Program-made: the position numbers and the translations under genes | The notes under the pieces: generated by a model | The model's database searches: none | What the model was told of the DNA's origin: nothing | What the model saw: only the letters and a program-made list of their open reading frames with translations | Virus record (IMG/VR): IMGVR_UViG_3300014205_000172 | Coordinates: 1 to 64,000 of that record | DNA length: 64,000 bases | Direction: 5' to 3' (one strand) | Source: a virus | Lineage: Duplodnaviria > Caudoviricetes | In this document: piece after piece, positions 28,117-37,321 of the stretch | Numbering within the stretch: the first letter of the stretch is position 1 | Layout of the letters: every line of letters starts with the position of its first letter

Positions 28117-28524
28117 ATGAAAAAATATAAAACCCACTTATTGCTTCAGCTTCCGCTGTTATTGCTGGGCTCATGCACACCAGTAATTCCAGCGACCAGC
28201 ATTACCGTTTACACAAACAACGGTGGTCAGCCTGGACGGTATCAGGTACATGATGACCAGGGTGGGGCAATGCCATCACTCAGGCAATCATCGACCACTA
28301 CACCGATTCGCGATTGCGTCACGGCCATTGACAATGAGGTCCCAGACCCTGTTGAAATTGGCCTACCTAATCTTTCAAAGATTGAAGGTAAAACAAAGAA
28401 TGAGCTCAATAAAGCGGTGGTCGATTTATTGCTTGCTCACATCAAACTGCAGCGCAATGAAATCACAAGGATGCGGACAGAGCGCAAGTGTCTGATTGCC
28501 GAGATACGATCAAAGCGAGTTTGA
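28117..28524 (+). CDS. Lipoprotein, putative o-spanin
   Basis: Signal peptide MKKYKTHLLLQLPLLLLGS-C with lipobox LGSC; two further Cys. Confidence 0.55.
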   Translation: MKKYKTHLLLQLPLLLLGSCTPVIPATSITVYTNNGGQPGRYQVHDDQGGAMPSLRQSSTTTPIRDCVTAIDNEVPDPVEIGLPNLSKIEGKTKNELNKAVVDLLLAHIKLQRNEITRMRTERKCLIAEIRSKRV

Positions 28525-28584
28525 TCAAAAACTACAGAAGTGACCTATCATTTAGACAGTCATTACACTTCAAGGTTTCTTGAC

Positions 28585-30084
28585 ATGACCGACACACCTA
28601 CAGCAGTTCGAGCAGTTCTGTACTGCGATGGCGGGTTTGACCCGCACAGTAAAGTTGGTGGGCGCGGTGTCCACGGTTACACGTACATTCCGGACCTCCC
28701 TAAGAAGGGGACAGGTAATCCTAAGGCAGTGCCGACTGACAAAGGTTACATGTTTGAAAGTAAAGATCCGGACATTGAAAGCTGTATTGGTAATAAGGTT
28801 ACGCCGGTCAGTTACATCGACGCATGTTCCGGCAGACCACGGTACGAATGCAACAACGAAGCTGAGCTCGATGCGTTTATGTTAGCGTTGGATTGGCTCA
28901 CTCGGCATGATCACATTACACATGTGCAGATCATCTCAGACAGCCGTTATGTCGTCCAGGGTTTTAATAACCACCTTCGTAAATGGGAAGCTAAAGGTTG
29001 GTTGAACGCCAAGGGCGTACCTCCTCAATATCTGCCAATGTGGCAGAAGGTTCTGGAGATGGCTGATTGGGGCGTTGTCCGTGGATTGGACCTCAAGCTC
29101 AGTTGGGCCAAGGGACATACTGGCGAAATGGGCAACACGCGCGCTGACGATTTAGCGACGCGTGGTAAGGTACTGGGTCAGACTCGTAACCCAGCGGTCA
29201 TTGAAAACTTTAAAGAAGCGCAAGGGTATTGGGGGACTAAAGATTCGAAGGTTCCCCGCATCCTCCAGGCACCTCGCTGGTATTTTGCAACAACAGATCT
29301 CGAATACAAACGTGATGACGGATCTCACATTTACTATACTGGTTGTCATGGCGGTAAAGACAAAGAAGATGATCTTTTCGGCAAGCCATATGCCGATAAC
29401 TTCATGGGTGTAGTTCGGGTAAAAGAACCTGATCCAGTAATGGAATGCTTGCGTCTGAATGCAATCGCTAAAGATGTAAATCGTGTTGGATTTATCATCA
29501 TTGGTCACCTCGATGCAATCTTCGCACAGAAGACGTATAAGGAGCTGACTCAGCACCAGACCACGTTCCTGTATAGCAATCCAAAACGCTTCGATGTCCT
29601 TGATGCCAATAAGAAATCTATTCTTGCGGAGCTTCGACCAGCAGGACTTGGATTCCGTGGTGTGAATCAGTGGAGAAGCCTTACCCGTGTACTTGACCGA
29701 GTGGTTGAAGGAAGTGAGGTTTATCGGGTAACTGATTTAACTGACCTACTTTATGAGGAACAAGGCACAAAAAAGGTGGTTCGTAAGCTCAAGTCAATTA
29801 TATCCCCTGTGACTAAGCATCTCGATGTGGACGTCGAGTTTAACCTTGAGAGCTCGAAGGATGAGCCAAAGCCGTTCAAGGATAAGGTTCGTTTGATCTT
29901 AGGTGGCGACATCCTGACTCGTAACCAACTTGCTGCACTTGCAGAAGATGTTAAGTCTGTGAAGGTAGTGACCTGGCGAGATTCGGAAGTAGTGGGTCGT
30001 TATGCAACATTGGTCGAACTGAATTCGGGTGACATTGGACTTTGGGCCAGAACTGAAGCTAATATCTACTACGCGGTCAAGTAA
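28585..30084 (+). CDS. rnhA: Ribonuclease HI with C-terminal extension (phiKZ gp155-like)
   Basis: LYCDGG, NNEAEL.A, ISDSRYV..G, W...GW, WAKGHTG..GN..ADDLA. Confidence 0.9.
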   Translation: MTDTPTAVRAVLYCDGGFDPHSKVGGRGVHGYTYIPDLPKKGTGNPKAVPTDKGYMFESKDPDIESCIGNKVTPVSYIDACSGRPRYECNNEAELDAFMLALDWLTRHDHITHVQIISDSRYVVQGFNNHLRKWEAKGWLNAKGVPPQYLPMWQKVLEMADWGVVRGLDLKLSWAKGHTGEMGNTRADDLATRGKVLGQTRNPAVIENFKEAQGYWGTKDSKVPRILQAPRWYFATTDLEYKRDDGSHIYYTGCHGGKDKEDDLFGKPYADNFMGVVRVKEPDPVMECLRLNAIAKDVNRVGFIIIGHLDAIFAQKTYKELTQHQTTFLYSNPKRFDVLDANKKSILAELRPAGLGFRGVNQWRSLTRVLDRVVEGSEVYRVTDLTDLLYEEQGTKKVVRKLKSIISPVTKHLDVDVEFNLESSKDEPKPFKDKVRLILGGDILTRNQLAALAEDVKSVKVVTWRDSEVVGRYATLVELNSGDIGLWARTEANIYYAVK

Positions 30085-30110
30085 ACCCACAGGGCCGCAG
30101 AGGTCTCGTC

Positions 30111-30509
30111 ATGAGTGCTAAAGCGTTGGAGGGGGAAGTTTTTGAAACTAAAGCTAACCCCCAGGTAAAACAACTGAGCATGAAGCGGTTGATATTCCTT
30201 TCATCGCTGTACTTCAAGATACGCGGCATCAAGGACCCAGCCAAGGATTTGCTTATTGATCTTAATAAGCGCTTTGGTTTAGCCCACCGCGAAAATTCGC
30301 TGAAACTTCCAGCGGCAATGAGTAGCATCCTCTGGTGCAGGACGAACGCCAAAGAAGCGTTCCAAACCTATCTGGAGGATGAGTCGCAACTGAATACCCT
30401 CGCCTGCGACCTCGTCGGCTGCTGCCCGGAATGGGCAAGATACGGTGACCAATCGTGTCTTATCAAGGATGCGAAGGCCGTGTTTTCGTACGCCCGTTCA
30501 AAACTGTAA
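30111..30509 (+). CDS. Hypothetical protein
   Basis: 132-aa ORF with RBS GAGG, ends at a palindrome. Confidence 0.7.
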   Translation: MSAKALEGEVFETKANPQVKQLSMKRLIFLSSLYFKIRGIKDPAKDLLIDLNKRFGLAHRENSLKLPAAMSSILWCRTNAKEAFQTYLEDESQLNTLACDLVGCCPEWARYGDQSCLIKDAKAVFSYARSKL

Positions 30510-30511
30510 GA

Positions 30512-30550
30512 CGGCATATACGCCCGGCTTAGTGCCGGGCGTATATGCCG
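30512..30550. terminator. Palindromic terminator between convergent genes
   Basis: CGGCATATACGCCCGGC-ttagt-GCCGGGCGTATATGCCG, 17-bp stem. Confidence 0.8.
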
Positions 30551-30558
30551 CTACTGAG

Positions 30559-31458
30559 TTACTTACCGACTTTCTCAATCACGGAGATGTTCTTCTTCAT
30601 CGCCTCTACATGCTGAGGCGCGATCTCAAGCAAGGCCGCGGCCGCGCTAACAGTGACGCCGAGTTTATAGAACAGCTCAGAGAGCTGACTACCCACTTTA
30701 CCGGATACAGTGTCGTCATGTTTGGCAAGGTGTTCTTTGAAGCTTGTGGACAGATCGGCAAACCGACCCACCATGCCATTTACACTGGACAGATCGACTT
30801 TAGCCAAACGATCATTCAGCGTATTGGTCAGTTTGTAAGCATGTTCCATATCGCCATTACGGTCGATCACTTTGGAAGCTTGCACTTCAGGTGCGTTAGA
30901 CCCCGTGAAGTACTGCTTAAGCTTAGTGAGGACTTCCAAGCTAACCAAAGGGATCTGGCCTTTGAGTTCCTTAATGCCACTTTGAGCAGCAAGGCGGTCA
31001 GGTTCGTTCAAAATCTGCGCCAGGCGGGTGTTGCTCTTTTTCAGTGTGGCTTCCAGCTCTTCAACCTGTGGCAGCACGTTCGTGATCAGGTATTCAAGAA
31101 ACGAGACCCACTTGCCGGTGAACCCAGGGGCTACGTGCACCATCACCAACCGGTTAGTGGCATAAGGGTTTTTGTTAAACGCGATCACAGCCGCGTCGTA
31201 ATCCAGATGGTTGCTACGGTAGTTACCTACTTTAAGCCCATTAAGGAATGTAGAAGACCGATCAACGAACTCGTTGAATTTGGACTTCACGGTGTCGACG
31301 AACGGCAGAGCCAAAGATTCAGTGGAAAGATCCGAACCCATGCGGCAAATGCTTTCGAGAGAGTTGAGCTCGACATTAGCCAGCTCGTTCATGATGTTCG
31401 GGTTAAGTTTGGACATGAAGGTGTTGCCTCCGGCTAATTCAGGGGGTGTAGATTCCAT
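30559..31458 (-). CDS. Internal head protein (phiKZ gp153-like)
   Basis: 299 aa; N-terminal S-x-E protease motifs (SLES, STES); divergent from uvsX. Confidence 0.6.
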   Translation of the reverse strand: MESTPPELAGGNTFMSKLNPNIMNELANVELNSLESICRMGSDLSTESLALPFVDTVKSKFNEFVDRSSTFLNGLKVGNYRSNHLDYDAAVIAFNKNPYATNRLVMVHVAPGFTGKWVSFLEYLITNVLPQVEELEATLKKSNTRLAQILNEPDRLAAQSGIKELKGQIPLVSLEVLTKLKQYFTGSNAPEVQASKVIDRNGDMEHAYKLTNTLNDRLAKVDLSSVNGMVGRFADLSTSFKEHLAKHDDTVSGKVGSQLSELFYKLGVTVSAAAALLEIAPQHVEAMKKNISVIEKVGK

Positions 31459-31524
31459 ATCAGAACTACTAAGTTACCACTAAACCCTATACTGTGTATT
31501 TAAAAATCAGCGGAGCATTTAAAC

Positions 31525-32982
31525 GTGGCGGTAGCATTCGGAAATCAATACGACAAGAAGGCTCGGGCGTTTTATCCAATGCCTAACTTGGGTACCATTT
31601 TGGACATCTCGGCTGGGTCCTGGGTTCGTGGCCATAAAGGCCAATGGATTCTCAACGGAGGGTTTGCGCAGTTCTGGGGGATCATCGCTGAACCTAACAT
31701 GTTCAAGTCCACCTTAGCGGCTGCCTGTGCAGGCGCTGTGATGCGTGCCTTTGACGATTCGATCATGCATGCCCATGACACTGAGTCCAGCATGCAAGCG
31801 CGTCGTGTAGAGCGTCTGGTGCGGGAAGCAATGGCATTGCTGCTGCCGGGGATCGTTGTTCCAGAAGATTTGATTGCCTGCGGCCGTTTGTTCTTCACCA
31901 GTTCTGTCGACCTCGACGGTACTGAAATGATCAACAACTTGAAAGCGTTTGCTAAAGAACGTTTCAAGAATGAAAAGCAGGTGGCCTACGAGATCATTGA
32001 TCCGCAGACCGGTAAGCCTTACATGTACTTCGTTCCCGTGATCGAGTTCACCGACTCCTTCTCCGGCCTGAAGACTGAAGGTGCTACCGAGATGCTGGAG
32101 AAGAACGATGTGGGTTCTTCCGATAACAACATGTTGGCAATGCGCGTCAACAGCGGCAAGAGCCAGATCATCGACCAGGCGCCTGACCTGGTTGCTAAGC
32201 ATGGTATTTACTGGCTGACCACCGGCCATATCGGTCAGTCGTACCAGCTCGATCCTCGTAAGCCTAACGTCAAGCTCCTTAAGGGCATGAAAGGCGATCT
32301 GAAGATCAAGCGCATTCCTGAGAACTATTCGTTCCAGACCGGCAACTGCTACGCGATCACTTATTACTCACCACTGATGGGCGAGGATAAACGCGCTGAA
32401 TTCCCATGGTCTCCTGAGTCGGTCGACATGACCACTGACCTGCTGGAAATCCGCGTAACCAATTACCGCGGTAAATTCGGTATCGACAACATCCCTCTGC
32501 CTTTGATTATCTCGAAGAAAGAAGGTCTGCTTCCGTACATGTCCAACTTCTACTACCTACTGCGTAACGCCGGGCGGTACGGGTTGGTAGGTAACGTGCA
32601 ACACTACGCTCTGGCTCTGGTGCCCGGCGTATCGCTGTCCCGTACCAAAGTGCGTCAAAAGCTGCGTGAGTCTTATGCTTTGCAGAACGCTGCACGTTTT
32701 CTGATGGAAATGCACTGGGAGATGACCACCAGCGTTACCTTCCCCGATGAGCTGCGCTGCGAACCAACGCAACTGTATGAAGAAATCAAGGCCATGGGCT
32801 ACGATTGGGATTTGCTTCTGAATACTCGGTACTGGTTCAGTACTGTAGAGCAGGGCGAGAAGACTCCTTATCTGTCCACCCGTGATTTGTTGCTGATGCG
32901 TGTGAATCAATCTCACCCGTACTGGTACCCAAAAACCCGTAAAGAAATGGGGCTACCCGAGATCGAACTTCAAGGGAGTTAA
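31525..32982 (+). CDS. uvsX: UvsX/RecA-like recombinase (phiKZ gp152-like)
   Basis: P-loop variant AEPNMFKST, HDTESS, Walker B-like EFTDSFS; 485 aa. Confidence 0.8.
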   Translation: MAVAFGNQYDKKARAFYPMPNLGTILDISAGSWVRGHKGQWILNGGFAQFWGIIAEPNMFKSTLAAACAGAVMRAFDDSIMHAHDTESSMQARRVERLVREAMALLLPGIVVPEDLIACGRLFFTSSVDLDGTEMINNLKAFAKERFKNEKQVAYEIIDPQTGKPYMYFVPVIEFTDSFSGLKTEGATEMLEKNDVGSSDNNMLAMRVNSGKSQIIDQAPDLVAKHGIYWLTTGHIGQSYQLDPRKPNVKLLKGMKGDLKIKRIPENYSFQTGNCYAITYYSPLMGEDKRAEFPWSPESVDMTTDLLEIRVTNYRGKFGIDNIPLPLIISKKEGLLPYMSNFYYLLRNAGRYGLVGNVQHYALALVPGVSLSRTKVRQKLRESYALQNAARFLMEMHWEMTTSVTFPDELRCEPTQLYEEIKAMGYDWDLLLNTRYWFSTVEQGEKTPYLSTRDLLLMRVNQSHPYWYPKTRKEMGLPEIELQGS

Positions 32983-33012
32983 CCCAAGTAACCGTATAAG
33001 GATAAGTCAGTC

Positions 33013-33294
33013 ATGAGTGAACGATCCCTGGTCGACAAAGTTGCCGATCTGCTTGGCAACAGCAGTGCCGCCCGTAAGAATGCTTTCGTGCGTGGTTTCA
33101 CAGCACCTAAAGCAGGTGGCGATGAAGTCAAGTCACTCAATGACTACTTTCGGGTAGAACTGAGTAAAGTTGAAGCATCCACCATTGATGAGCGCGGTTG
33201 CTTGCTCGATGGTATTGCTCCTTCGAAATGGCTGCAGTACTTCGAAGCACACGTTCTCCCAACCCTAGTTCGGTTCGAGCTTCCAAAGGACTGA
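33013..33294 (+). CDS. Hypothetical protein
   Basis: 93 aa in a tightly packed operon; RBS AGGA. Confidence 0.7.
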   Translation: MSERSLVDKVADLLGNSSAARKNAFVRGFTAPKAGGDEVKSLNDYFRVELSKVEASTIDERGCLLDGIAPSKWLQYFEAHVLPTLVRFELPKD

Positions 33295-33297
33295 ATC

Positions 33298-34032
33298 ATG
33301 AACGAAAAACGCCGTAAGGTTACCGAGTTCATTCTCAAGAATTTCGATAAGATTCTTCCTGGGGATAAAACGAACTCTGAAAGTCTAAAGGCTGCTTTCG
33401 ACAAGATGTCTGACAGCGAGTTCGAGACGTACATCAAACGCCTTGCACCCGCTAAGACACCCGATGAAATCAAGCAGCGATTGTTCCTGCCATTCTACGT
33501 ACCCAACCTTCGTCCCAATGGGGTGCGTTTATCCATTGCCCGTAATTACCAAATTGCGCGTGACCTTGGTCGCAGCATTGAAGAACGATTGATCATGACC
33601 GATGGTGCTACAGGGCTTAAGTACATCACGCCACACGCTTATCCGGTTTATGATCTGCAAGTGCGTCGTCAAGCACAGACCGGTAGCAAGAAGCGTTCGA
33701 TCCCTGAGCATCACCAGCGGCTCGACGACCTGACCGATCAGCCGACAGTGGATTCAAAAGGTAGTCGGATCTCTTCACCTGAGTTCGGATCGCTGATTCA
33801 GAAGCGTCTGGACAATACCGTTACCGAACTGACGCACGCTCGTGGCGGTAACGCATTGGCAGCTCGTGAGTTCACGCGGGCATTGGTGGAAGATGGTGAG
33901 GTTAACCTTTCGCAATTGGAAGGGTTGGGTATTGCTCGTTCGACTAAGACCTTGTCGACGTTCCTGAACACTATGCTGATCGGCAATAACCTCGATCCGT
34001 CAACAAAGGTTCCAGATGATGCAAGAAAATAA
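33298..34032 (+). CDS. Virion RNA polymerase beta-subunit C-terminal fragment (phiKZ gp149-like)
   Basis: RRQAQ...KK.SIP...DDLTDQP...SKGSRISSPE (equivalent to beta GGQRFGEME), EL...RGG. Confidence 0.75.
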   Translation: MNEKRRKVTEFILKNFDKILPGDKTNSESLKAAFDKMSDSEFETYIKRLAPAKTPDEIKQRLFLPFYVPNLRPNGVRLSIARNYQIARDLGRSIEERLIMTDGATGLKYITPHAYPVYDLQVRRQAQTGSKKRSIPEHHQRLDDLTDQPTVDSKGSRISSPEFGSLIQKRLDNTVTELTHARGGNALAAREFTRALVEDGEVNLSQLEGLGIARSTKTLSTFLNTMLIGNNLDPSTKVPDDARK

Positions 34033-34516
34033 AGGCAATGATTTTTTTGTGGATTTGGCAAAAGATGTAGCATTGCGCTACGCAATCCACGATGAGGCCG
34101 AACAGAAGGTCCGGTCGATTTACATTGAGTGCGCCAAGGTTGTTAATTGGCAAGCAAACATGAGTTCGGACAAGGCTGCCGATGAGGTACTCAATCACCT
34201 GCAAGTAGTCGGCGATAAAGCAAGTATGGTTATCAACATGACCAGTAGCTTCATGTTCAGAGCGGGGATTACCACTTTCCAACAACGCTTAGAACTGGCT
34301 ACCTTGCTTAGCGAGAGTGTTTCTTGGCCGCGTGATGTAAAAGAGTTCGGGGCTGTGCAGGCACGGTTAACGACCACGGCTGAAAATGCCCGTAACACGT
34401 TTACCGGTAGTCCGTGGATGATGTTCCTTTATCTGCTCAGCATGGCCGATGTCATTCAGGCTTTGGATGCTGCGCGTGTGAAACCAAAAGCCCCCGCTCC
34501 AAAACCAGCTACTTAA
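34016..34516 (+). CDS. Hypothetical protein
   Basis: 166 aa; overlaps the previous stop; same operon. Confidence 0.7.
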   Translation: MMQENKGNDFFVDLAKDVALRYAIHDEAEQKVRSIYIECAKVVNWQANMSSDKAADEVLNHLQVVGDKASMVINMTSSFMFRAGITTFQQRLELATLLSESVSWPRDVKEFGAVQARLTTTAENARNTFTGSPWMMFLYLLSMADVIQALDAARVKPKAPAPKPAT

Positions 34517-34525
34517 GGTCCAACC

Positions 34526-35290
34526 ATGAAACAACATGCTATCATTGATGTTAACATGTTGGCCGATACACGACTCGGAGCCGTCTGGCGCATTGACGAA
34601 ACAATCGCTAATGTGCTTGGCGCCTCCAACGTTTACCGTGACCGACATCATGACAACTTTGATCTCCTGACGAATGGTCAAATTGACCGTCAGGAGTATC
34701 AAAGCCTTTATGCCAAACAAGAGGCGGATACCTTAGGCGCTTCGAAGATGACAGAGTTCGTCTATTACCTTCGAAAAGACATGGTGGATGCCAGCAACCG
34801 CATGGAACGTGGCGCTGGCATCACTTCGGTTACGATCGATATCAACCTCTTTCCCTACACGGAACTGACTGACACTGAGATCAAAATCTTTGTCCGTGCA
34901 GTCAGACGGTACTTCCCGCACAACATCACGGTCAATGCGATTAATGTCCCTTGGGCGGAACTCACCCCTGAGATCATTGCTCGCACGTACGACATGATCG
35001 CTATCTACAACCACGAGGATTGGTTAATCCCAAATCAGAAAGCGCTTATTGCAAGACGCCTTCCCAACGTGGTTATGTTAACGCCACAGATTGCAACCAG
35101 CGGCGAGTTACCTGAGAAAGATCCTGATGTGGAAAATCCATTCAGCGCGCGGGCATTGGTGTTGGTGAAGTTTATAGCCTTAACCTACATTCCAACCGCA
35201 TGGGCTTGCCACAATCCCATCATTCATCAGGAGATACAAAATCAGAAACATCGAGCGAAGACTCCCCCGAATCCCGCTCCCCAGGCTTGA
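34526..35290 (+). CDS. Conserved hypothetical protein (phiKZ gp147-like)
   Basis: 254 aa; IDVNMLADTRLG and INLFPY motifs. Confidence 0.65.
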   Translation: MKQHAIIDVNMLADTRLGAVWRIDETIANVLGASNVYRDRHHDNFDLLTNGQIDRQEYQSLYAKQEADTLGASKMTEFVYYLRKDMVDASNRMERGAGITSVTIDINLFPYTELTDTEIKIFVRAVRRYFPHNITVNAINVPWAELTPEIIARTYDMIAIYNHEDWLIPNQKALIARRLPNVVMLTPQIATSGELPEKDPDVENPFSARALVLVKFIALTYIPTAWACHNPIIHQEIQNQKHRAKTPPNPAPQA

Positions 35291-35696
35291 AGCTAACTTC
35301 CGGTGGGACGTAGCCTTCTGGCAGGATTGGACTGATGCGTTCGCCGGTGATTTCACGTTCCTCGCTAACTGCAAGAAATGGATCACGACCACCGAACATT
35401 TCGCGAATCTCGCGAACAGCCTTGATGGCCTCAGCCCCATTGTCTTTAACCGCTTCTTCAATATCGAGCTTACGGGTAGTGAGTGCAGATTGGTCCATGC
35501 CGTTTAACAGCATGATCAGATCGCCCATCTTCTCAGGGATCTGCGTACCACCGACTGTGAGCTTCTCTGTGGCCATATATCGCATTTGCTGTGTGAATCT
35601 GACCACAGCCATCGGATCGGTGTCGCGTTCAGTAAACCCGGCCACAGGCGCTGTAGTCACGCCAGGGATACGGGGTAGTTCGTCAAAGTTGCTCAT
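35220..35696 (-). CDS. Hypothetical protein
   Basis: Start MSNFDE at 35696 with RBS AGAGG; 3' end overlaps the convergent gene by about 70 nt. Confidence 0.65.
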   Translation of the reverse strand: MSNFDELPRIPGVTTAPVAGFTERDTDPMAVVRFTQQMRYMATEKLTVGGTQIPEKMGDLIMLLNGMDQSALTTRKLDIEEAVKDNGAEAIKAVREIREMFGGRDPFLAVSEEREITGERISPILPEGYVPPEVSFKPGERDSGESSLDVSDFVSPDE

Positions 35697-35733
35697 TTCG
35701 ATACCTCTCTTTATTCCCTTCGTTGGAGGGGGC

Positions 35734-36243
35734 ATGTTTAAACAATTGTGGACTCGGCTTTTTAAAAGACCGGTGGTGGAAACTGTAACAGAACCTTTGT
35801 CTGATGATCCTTGGGTAAGAAGTAAACAACTTTCTGATCCCATTTATACATTAGACCTGGCTGAACTAAATGCGGATCATTTAGACCTTAAAGTCCAAGT
35901 GTGTAGCGATAACATCTACGAGTTACTGGCGTGGCTGGAAATCTCTATACGATGCATTGAAACGGAAGGTGACGTCACGGAAGAGTGGAAGTTGGATCAA
36001 AGACAGCGTGAAGCAATATGGCTTGTGGACTACTACTTCCACGATAAGACGGGGTATTGGGCACCGCAGGTTGTGTGGATTCAAGTGCTCGAAAAGATCA
36101 GAATCATACATCATCTACTTGAGACTAAGGACATAAACTTTGGTCATCTTTACCATCGTTACATGGTCAAGCACCTGACTGTTGTTATCAGGGACGCTAT
36201 CAGTGTAATGGAACTTTCACTCACGCTCAGCAGCAAATCCTAA
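35734..36243 (+). CDS. Hypothetical protein
   Basis: Start MFKQLW at 35734 after GGAGG. Confidence 0.65.
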   Translation: MFKQLWTRLFKRPVVETVTEPLSDDPWVRSKQLSDPIYTLDLAELNADHLDLKVQVCSDNIYELLAWLEISIRCIETEGDVTEEWKLDQRQREAIWLVDYYFHDKTGYWAPQVVWIQVLEKIRIIHHLLETKDINFGHLYHRYMVKHLTVVIRDAISVMELSLTLSSKS

Positions 36244-36297
36244 AGTCAAGCCATCAGATACCTGTAAGCTTGCACACGCATTAAAGGATAATACGCC

Positions 36298-36768
36298 ATG
36301 ACAAGACGCAGTCGATCTACACGATCTACGTTTCGAGAGTTGCTTCAGGATAACACCAAGAAGATGGACAGCAGCGAAAACATCCCCGCTCACTTAGTGC
36401 GGGATATGTTGCTGACCCATGGTATCTCACCTGCCCAGTGGGATAAGATGGCGGATCAGTATTACCGCAAGGTTAATGCTAATTCCAAAAATGAAGTTGA
36501 CCTGCTCAAAGTCACTCACGATAAGAGCAACATGGCCAAAGCTTTGGCCAAAGACACCTTACCTTGGAGACGGTGTGAATCAACCATCCAGATCCTAGGT
36601 CCTGTTAGTTATAAAGTGAGTATTGAACTTACTTTTCCTAATGGTGTCACGTACAAGCATGAAGTGTTCAAACGCAATAAGTACTACGAGCCTGATGCGG
36701 TTGATGGTGACGAAGATGAACAGGCCGAAGATATCGAAGATGAGCCGAAGGAAAATGACGATGAATAA
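36298..36768 (+). CDS. Hypothetical protein with acidic C-terminal tail
   Basis: 156 aa; RBS AAGGA. Confidence 0.7.
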   Translation: MTRRSRSTRSTFRELLQDNTKKMDSSENIPAHLVRDMLLTHGISPAQWDKMADQYYRKVNANSKNEVDLLKVTHDKSNMAKALAKDTLPWRRCESTIQILGPVSYKVSIELTFPNGVTYKHEVFKRNKYYEPDAVDGDEDEQAEDIEDEPKENDDE

Positions 36769-37234
36769 GCCAGCCCTGCCAGATCCTACATTGGACGGAG
36801 TTGACCATATCCGCATCGACCTTAATGCCACCAGTCGGTTAGGCCGCAAGCTTCCTCTGTTAGCTGACGTACGGGTTACTCACCCTAAGCATGGTATCTT
36901 CCGCACTGCCCAGGGATTGTGGGAGTATCTGAAGGTTGAGAAAGATCTCGAAGAACTCAAAGCGGCGACTGGGTTTGAAGCAAAGAAGATCAGCAGTAAG
37001 CACACGCCCAAGTGGAGCAAGCGGTTTAAAGAAGATGTAAAGATCGCAATGATTTCGAAGATCGAAGACAACATCGAGATCTACGTCGCCTTTGCGGAAA
37101 GCACATTACCGTTTCGGTATTACCACATGCAGCGCAATCGTAAAATCAGTGAGCCTAAAGAAACACTGTGGCTTACTGAGTGGCTCGAAGAGTATCGGGT
37201 CGAAGTAAAAGCACGAATCAATAAAGTTAAGTAA
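36761..37234 (+). CDS. Hypothetical protein, possibly divergent NADAR-like
   Basis: DGVDHIRI......LGRKL...HPKHG.F.TAQGLWEYLK...G.EAKK...KI.....I...F.ESTLPF.YY. Confidence 0.55.
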   Translation: MNKPALPDPTLDGVDHIRIDLNATSRLGRKLPLLADVRVTHPKHGIFRTAQGLWEYLKVEKDLEELKAATGFEAKKISSKHTPKWSKRFKEDVKIAMISKIEDNIEIYVAFAESTLPFRYYHMQRNRKISEPKETLWLTEWLEEYRVEVKARINKVK

Positions 37235-37240
37235 GCGTTA

Positions 37241-37287
37241 GCGCCGACCGGGGAAACCTGGTCGGCGTATGCCGCATCCTTTTTTTT
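37241..37287 (+). terminator. Rho-independent terminator (TATGCCG family)
   Basis: GCGCCGACCGGG-gaaa-CCTGGTCGGCGT-ATGCCGCATCC-T9. Confidence 0.8.
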
Positions 37288-37321
37288 GTGTATCATGTGA
37301 ACGTTACTGAGGATTTAGGTG

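Noticed and set aside
30445-31437. 330-aa plus-strand ORF
   Set aside because: Antisense shadow of the head-protein gene; it crosses a terminator palindrome and has no RBS or protein-like composition
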